Under the pieces are notes generated by a model. The model saw only the letters and a list, made by a program, of their open reading frames with translations. It ran no database searches and was not told where the DNA came from. DNA of 64,000 nucleotides from Hormiphora californensis (taxonomy: Eukaryota > Animalia > Ctenophora), in contig CM035353.1 of assembly GCA_020137815.1 (NCBI GenBank), positions 7,378,001 to 7,442,000 on the forward strand, given 5' to 3'. The stretch's first letter is position 1. Each line of letters begins with the position of its first letter. Positions 57,174-64,000 of the stretch are shown piece after piece. The translations under genes and the position numbers were made by a program.

Positions 57174-60100
57174 TTTGATGTTACCAAGGGCCACACATAC
57201 CGGTATGGGGGCAACATAATCAGGATCAAACACATGGTGTTCGTGTAGCCGATCAAATAATTCAGCAAGATCACTATATTTCACTCCCTCGCACATCTCT
57301 TTATCCTTTCGCTCCAAGAATCCTGTTAGGAGGGAGACAAAATTATGTTAAGCACACAACACAACTCAGACGTAGTAGGTCCTGGTTGTTATCAAGGGAT
57401 GGAGCTATGACCGTGGTAAATGTAAAAAAACCCCAAATGGGGGTCTTTTTAGTTGGTGTTTTAGCACCTACCCAGAATGTGTCCAGATACAGACTCGATG
57501 GACGAATCAATATCAGCAAACTTTGCACCAGAGCTGTCAGTCAGTGTGTAGAAGGTATCCAACATCGTGACTTCAGCTTCAGTTAGAGTCTACAAAGATA
57601 CATGTGAGGGAGAGGGTGTGGCAGTTAAATGGGAGTAGTATGATACTACTGTAATACAGTATCAAGTAGTTAAAGTGAGGGGGTGGATTCAAGAAATGAG
57701 GGAGAGGGGGGTTATCAATTAGCTAAAAAAAAAGACCTACCAGTCCATTCAGTCCAGTAAGCAATTGCTCCTTCAGTTCTTGGCTCAATTTGGACAGATA
57801 GTGGATCGTTGATAGAATTCCTTTCACCCTCTTGCTCTCTGCGTCAGTCCTCTTTGTCTCTTCTCGTCGCTTCACCTTCTTCTTTGTCTTTTCCATCTGA
57901 AGGGAACGGGTTGAATTCGATTATTACAGAATGAGAAACTCGCAGGCCTACCATACAGGCACCAGATGGATACTGGAAAGGGCGGGTATGGGTTTGGTAC
58001 CCCCAAAAACCATGCCACTCCGCCGCGCAGCATAAACTGTAACAACTGTGTAGTTTACTTAACGCGCATCCCATTTTTCAAGACCCCGCTGTCAGCACCC
58101 CAACGCGCCAAGTTCAATTTTGCCCTCCTCGGCCTTCCATTCATTCCCCGGTCTGGCATGTCATTGAAACATAGAAAACTCATATTTTGTGTGATGTACA
58201 ACCTGGGTATCGGGGTGTTATACATCCCATAATTAACAAACATACATTTTACATTATCTGATATACATCAGTACTCAGTGCGACATAGCCATCAGTTTAA
58301 TTAGAAACGTTATCTTGGATTTGTTTCGGAGCGCGGAGAGAGAGAGGTGCTGGATCAAGACATATGTAATGTATAATGGCAGTTCATATCACAATATTAT
58401 GTTTGCCTTACAATTCAGGAAATTGAGAGAAATAAAACTGATTTGATCTAGAACTTCCCAACTGATCTGTATCAATACAGATCGTCTCTACTGAGCACTG
58501 TTTCAATTGGGTAATTGGACAATTACCACTCTATCTCTCATTCTATTATCTAATACCCAGTGATAAAGACAAGAGAAAGATGTTTAGAGACCACTAAACA
58601 GGAGTTACAATTATTGCTAGGATAGTAACAATTGGTGTGTTTCTTTGTATATTGAAAAGGAAACGAAGCCTTATTCGAACCCTACTACTACTATAGAATG
58701 TGGGGGGGGGGGGGGTTGAGGTGGGGTAACGTGTCTGTTATAGTAGAAATATAAAAGGTCTAGGAGAAGTTTTCTAGTTTTCAATCAAGCTATGAGTTAT
58801 TTTGTAGCTTCAATTACGTATTTCATATGTCACAGAGAAGAGAAGGGAATGACTTGCTTTCAGACCCTCTCTCACTGCCACCCACGACAATAGATTTTGG
58901 TAGAGAAGGTTTAGAACTTTCTACAACTACCATTTACGTAACTCTCATTCATTCCAACACCTTCTATACTGTTCCACAGAGTAGGTAGAAAGGAATATCC
59001 TTATTTGGGCTTTCTGATATATACATGTATATTACATAACCACTACAAATTTTATAAAACGTCGAAAACGGAATAGTAAAGTGGTTAAATGGCCAAATCT
59101 GGGGAAAAAATGGCCAAAATCTGGGGGGGGGGGGGGGGAGAGGGAGGCCAATATCTGGGAAATCATAAATCATGAGAACTTTAAAAAACCTTTCCGAAGT
59201 TGGAGTCTGGCCAAAATTAGTGTCCGAAAAAAATACGTTTAGATTTTATGTTGCGTTGTGTAAAGGCAAATCTGGAAAATGGAGATCATGGGGGGGGGGG
59301 GTAAGTCCATTCTGAGAATCTACTTTGAGAACTTAAAAATGTGGAGTCAATTGGGTGGCCAAATTAGTGTCCGAAAAAAATACGTTTAGATTTTATGTTT
59401 ATAGGGAAATGTATGATTGATGGACTAATTTTAATAAGGTTTCGTTAAAATAGTCAAATACTAATTAGTATGACATGGGGGAGGAAGTCCGCTGAGATTG
59501 CTAATGATACACTACAGTATGTGACGTCATCGGGGGCTGAAGAGAAGGGGAGTAAAAAGAGACGAGAGAGAAGAGAGAGAGAGAGAAAAGAGAGAAGAGA
59601 AGAGAGAGAGAGACGAGAGAGAGAGAGAGAGCTCTGTAAGACTCTCTCTAGCTCTAGAGAGACTCGAGATCCTTATGATGCTCTAGTCTCTTCTGAGGCG
59701 AGAGTGGGCTGGCTCATCGATTGGCTCCTCGTGACTCTCTCGTCTCGAGAGTTTGCGTCTTGTTCTATGCTTGAGACTAGCGAGAGAGTCTGATGAGAAA
59801 CCTGGGATAAGTGCAGAAGGGGGGCGAGGAGAGCATGGTATGATAGATAGGTCGAACTAGTGATTGATTGGAATGATTGTTGATCAATGTTGATGATTGA
59901 TCGATGTATACTTTGGTGATGGCGGCTAGAGGAACTTGATTGGGTTGTGACAACGAGACAGTAAATAGGACGGTTTAGAAGCACCCCTGACAAATCAAAT
60001 TCATCGTATATTTTAGAGACGGGGGTCTAACTCAGGCAAGGCCAAGAATCATGTATCTGTTAGGATCTCAGAAGTTACTGCAGCTGGTCTTTGTATTATA

Positions 60101-61684
60101 TTTTTCCAAAATATCAGAATGATTTTTTTCATAAGTGAACACAGTCAGTGCTTGAGAAAATGACATCATTCTTACAGTTGGACGAGGGAGACATTAGATA
60201 GCAAAACGAGTGAAAATTACACATTTCATTATGTTACAGACATGACTCAGAGTGACAGTTAAATCTTGTTTTCACAGCGCTGGCCAGGAGGTGATCATTA
60301 AAACTTTTTTCATATTCAGTAAAAATTATGCATTGATATATTTCAACTGGCTCACCCCGGATTTCCCAAGTTATCTTTGTTATCGGAGTGTAGGGCCAAA
60401 ATATTGATTCTGCTTTATGCTTCCTAGTAATTTGAGTACCTCTGTTATTTGAGTGAGGTGTGACATTATTACCTCATTAGAAATAGCCTTGAACTGGGGG
60501 AGGAATTCACGGAGTTGTTCCAAGTTAGCATCAACATATGAGAGGCTGGCCACTGAAGTCTGAGGGAAATCGAGATGGTTGGTGAGGTGAATAATTGAAT
60601 TGAACATTATACCAATGATGTGGGTTATGCGTCATGTTAAACAACAGTCTGCAGTATACATCACTTACCAGCTGATCGGAATTGAGCTCTTTACCGCCCT
60701 TCTTCTGCTGTAAAAGGTCCAGAATCTTGGTCTGAAAGGGGTAATTGAATTAGGATATTAGAGAATTTAACAAACCCACGGCAATTTCATGGCAGTTATC
60801 AGATGTTCTGATCTTAAGAAGTCTACTCCAGTGGTGGCCCCAGCCTGGGGTGGTGGGGGGGTGGCCACCCCCCCAAAACTTTTCAAACAAGGGTTGTTGG
60901 GGGTGGTAAAATAGCTTTAAAATGTGTTCTAAACTGCTTTAAATTGATCAAAATCTAAAATTTTCCGGGGGCTTCGCCCCTAATCCACCCCAAGGGCTGA
61001 AAATCTTTAAAATATTGTTCTAAATTGCTTAAAATTGATCAAAAACTAAAATTTTCCGGGGGCTTCGCCCCTTACCCACGCCAGGGGCTGAATATCATTA
61101 AAAAAGGTTTCTAAAAGGGCTGAAAATTGCCCCCGCCAAGGGCTGAAAATCGATAAAATATTGTTCTATATTGCTTTAATTCATCAAAATTTCCGGGGGC
61201 TTCGCCCCTTGTGACTGAAACTCGTTGAAAAAGTTTTCTAAAAGGGCTGATAATTGTTTAAAAAAGTTGTTCTAAATTGCTTAAAATTCATCAAAATCTA
61301 AAATTTTCCGGGGGCTTCGCCCCCTAGCCCCCACCAAGGGCTCTGCCCCTGGACCCCGTCGGGGGGCTGCGCCCCCCGAACCCCCTGCCGCAGCTCCCTC
61401 GGCGCCGCTTCGCGGCACCTCGGTCGCTAGGTTTGGAGTTGAAGTGTGGCCTTCGGCCACACCACCCCCCCAAAAAATCCATGCTGGGGCCACCCCTGGT
61501 CTACTCGAGCGACTGTAAACTATCCAATACTGCTCTGTATGAAAAGTATTAGGTTTGGCGGATAGATCTAGCGATTTACCTTCCTTTTCTCAAGATTTCT
61601 CATCTTCTTTTCCACAACTTGAGAGAACCTATCGAGGCCTTCGGCCATTTCGAGGCCTTTGGCCGGGTTGGTTGCAGATGGCAT
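54499..61684 (-). CDS. CAPRIN1: Caprin (caprin-1-like stress-granule RNA-binding protein), ~12 exons, one apparent 1-bp frameshift near 55432
   Basis: MPSATN...VVEKKMRNLEKRK-TKILD...KELNSDQL (HR1 region); NFMHDSQLD (compare caprin-1 FIQDS G3BP-binding motif); DPAV; RGG-rich C-terminus. Confidence 0.9.
55991..56330. repeat. 34-bp minisatellite, 10 copies, spanning a caprin splice acceptor
   Basis: GGGTAATCTGGGAGCGGGGAAATAGTTGGGGAAT direct array. Confidence 0.95.
60829..61498. mobile_element. hAT-type non-autonomous element in caprin intron 1
   Basis: TIRs CAGTGGTGGCCCCAGC/GCTGGGGCCACCCCTG; perfect 8-bp TSD GTCTACTC; internal TTTCCGGGGGCTTCGCCCC subrepeats. Confidence 0.92.
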
Positions 61685-62248
61685 ACGTAGAAAGGTTTCA
61701 AAAGCTCGCCCAGTGAGTTTACTGTGTACTGAAAAAAAATCCCACTGTTTCGAGGCTGATTTTTCATTTTTTTTGATATTCTGAAACTCCGAGTTGCGAC
61801 GCAGAATCGATAAACTTCTGCGCGTTACGTCTTATGCGCAGTTGTTTACTTTTTTAGAAGACGCGGCTGAGCTGATTTGAATTGAAAAAGTTCCCCAAAC
61901 TGAGTTGAAGCACTGAAAATTTTCCTCTCTTGTTCGTTTAAGATCGGGACTGATCATTCACGTGTGTAGGCCATGATTAAAGTGTCATTGTAACTTTTAT
62001 GACTTCTATTTTGTTAATCATTGGTTTTCGTAACTGGAAAGATGGCCCCCAGCAAGTCTTCGGCCGGGGCCCGGTGCAGAAGTTCCGGTCAGGGGTCGTT
62101 GAATCCCTCCACAAGGGTCCAGGGGTGTAGGAGTTAAGCAGGGTCCGCAAGCTGGGTCCAGGTGCTGCAAGATCATCTTTTGTTTCGTAGCTTTTCATAA
62201 AAGTTGCTCTTTCCAGTTTCCTAATTCATCTTTAGTCTTTTTCTGGGA

Positions 62249-62288
62249 TTCAAACTTTTCAACACTACTTTAAACAAATTAATTTGAG
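62249..62288 (+). other. Genomic copy of the ctenophore trans-spliced leader (SL) exon, with no downstream GT donor
   Basis: TTCAAACTTTTCAACACTACTTTAAACAAATTAATTTGAG matches the pleurobrachiid SL as I recall it; followed by ATATG rather than GT. Confidence 0.8.
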
Positions 62289-63530
62289 ATATGTCCTCAG
62301 GATGTTGAGACCGCCCGTAGGGGCAGGCAGAAGTTATGACGGAGAAACTTAATACCTCTGATGCAGATGTCGATCCACTGGAATGCTGGGATTTGTCGAT
62401 GATGGAAAAACTTCGTTGTGCAGTAGAGAACGTTTTTTATATCAAGAACGGGCTCAAACAACCAAGTGAACAACAGGTTGATGGAGTATTGTCCAAGTTA
62501 TTGGATTCTAGTTTGTATGATGATCCTGAGCAGTATATGGAGGACGCACTGCCGAAAGACTCCGAAATGAGAAAGTATAATGTTGATCGTTTCATGGCTT
62601 TCACCGAGAACCTCTCTCGTCATATTTTTCGGATAGTGAGAGAAATAGGACCAGTTATGAAGGAGAAACGTCTGTATGCAACTGCCCGAATGAAAGAACG
62701 CATGGAACTAGTGGAATGTAATCAGAAGCTGAAGGAGGTACAAGAAGAGCTTGGCACTTTTAAGGAAGAAATCGACAAACATCGGGTATCAAGGATTGAA
62801 CTGCAAGAGAAGCTGATTGAAGCACAAAATACTTTGATTGAAGTACAAGGTCGGAAACTTAGTTCAGTGTCAGAGTCTGTTCAGAAGCATTTGCAGGGCT
62901 ACTCCAAGGTGCTTGTACAGAATTGCTCTGCAGCTATTGCACCATCCCGCCTCCAAGCAGCATTGAAGAAAGCGACTGTACCCCATCCAAGTACAACCGC
63001 GGAAGAAGCAACTCTTGATCGCAAGTTGAATTTGGTTATATTTGGGCTGCCAGAAACTACGGCAAGGGCTACTGAGCATGAAGTTCAGGATATCTTTGGA
63101 GAGCTCAATGAAAAACCAGTCATATCTTCTACAAAGCGTATTGGCGAAAAGACTGATAACCGACCGAGACCAGTAATTGTTACACTTGAAAGGAGGGAAA
63201 CTTTGTTACAACTTCTAAGAAAAGCAAAACAGCTCCGAGATTCAGAGAAATTCTCCTCGGTGTTTCTCTCCCCCGACCTAACACCGGAGGAGCAGCGAGA
63301 GCGGAAAACTCTCGTTGATACAGTGAAAGGACTGAGGCGAGACAATCCGAATGGACGATACTGGGTTAGCAGGGGGGTAATTAAATGTGGCTGACCTGCT
63401 ACATGTAATTTGTACTCTAAAGAGACTTCAAAAGGAACCTTATGACTATCAATTTAGCCCACAAAAAGGGGCAGTATATGTTGTATTTTATCCAATGTAT
63501 ACATTTTAGATTTAATAATAATAATAATAA
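62251..63530 (+). mobile_element. ORF1-only non-LTR retroelement (SL + 5' UTR + ORF1 + 3' UTR + (TAA)6)
   Basis: 9-bp TSD TCTGGGATT (62242-62250, 63531-63539); (TAA)6 tail at 63513-63530; no ORF2. Confidence 0.85.
62336..63394 (+). CDS. LINE ORF1p-like protein, 352 aa (coiled coil + RRM + CTD; CR1/L2/L1 type)
   Basis: Intronless intact ORF; RKLNLVIFGLPE, KRIGEK...RPRPVIVTL, LLRKAKQLR, VFLSPDLTPEEQRERKTL. Confidence 0.88.
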   Translation: MTEKLNTSDADVDPLECWDLSMMEKLRCAVENVFYIKNGLKQPSEQQVDGVLSKLLDSSLYDDPEQYMEDALPKDSEMRKYNVDRFMAFTENLSRHIFRIVREIGPVMKEKRLYATARMKERMELVECNQKLKEVQEELGTFKEEIDKHRVSRIELQEKLIEAQNTLIEVQGRKLSSVSESVQKHLQGYSKVLVQNCSAAIAPSRLQAALKKATVPHPSTTAEEATLDRKLNLVIFGLPETTARATEHEVQDIFGELNEKPVISSTKRIGEKTDNRPRPVIVTLERRETLLQLLRKAKQLRDSEKFSSVFLSPDLTPEEQRERKTLVDTVKGLRRDNPNGRYWVSRGVIKCG

Positions 63531-64000
63531 TCTGGGATTTCCTCCAGTTCCACTGGCTGGTTAACACTAATTGTGATTTGCGTTTTCCGATATTTAAAAA
63601 CAGTGTGTTATGTATCTGGTCTCTAGAGATGGTCTCCCATGGATGGTCTCCCATCAGCAAAAAAGTTCAGAGGTAGTGTCCAAACAAAGACTGAGGCAAT
63701 TGGGAGGGCTGAGGGGTCAATTATATAGTTATCGCCTCTTGTCTCGCCGTTTGACTAAATAACTTTATTATTGTGGAACTTCACTGGCCATATAATCTGT
63801 TATTTTCGATCTATAATTTTTAGTTTTGTTGAATTAATTCTGCGACTAGTGTATTGTTTATAATGAACTCTCAATATCTCATTTGAGATCATCTATACAT
63901 AATTCTGCAACATAATTAGCCATTCACTGATGTGTGTGTCTCTGAATTGATGCCCAAATTGTATCACAGGTAGGATACTGTGTCCAGTCATATTTGCGTC

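Noticed and set aside
59460-60030. ORFs in scrambled GA/TC-rich sequence
   Set aside because: Looks like low-complexity or low-quality consensus inside a caprin intron.
62249-62400. SL RNA gene
   Set aside because: The leader is not followed by a GT donor or SL intron; it runs straight into a UTR and ORF inside a TSD.

Overview
Eukaryotic, intron-rich animal genomic DNA, very probably a pleurobrachiid ctenophore (Hormiphora/Pleurobrachia). That assignment is an inference, mainly from a 40-nt match to the ctenophore trans-spliced leader as I recall it. Spliced genes assembled by hand (GT-AG, phases checked): a 12-exon ETS-domain transcription factor (-, 14314-21822), a secreted F-type-lectin/F5-8C protein (+, 23262-24163), an unknown protein (-, ~24223-27935), a divergent ATG8 paralog (-, 34592-35660) directly behind a canonical GABARAP (-, 36102-37479), a low-complexity protein with ZC3H11A-like motifs (-, 41776-53504) and Caprin (-, 54499-61684). 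Mobile DNA is abundant: a gag-only LTR element with a nested insertion, a 1.56-kb foldback, many MITEs, Helentron/DINE-like elements including a 6.5-kb concatemer, and a non-coding retroposon carrying a hammerhead ribozyme. The top finding is an ORF1-only LINE-like retrocopy (62251-63530) whose 5' end is exactly the spliced leader, with a (TAA)6 tail and a 9-bp TSD. This suggests a retroelement mobilised through an SL-trans-spliced RNA. A second theme is tandem repeats that amplify the splice donors and acceptors of host genes. Most short ORFs in the track are microsatellite or antisense artefacts.
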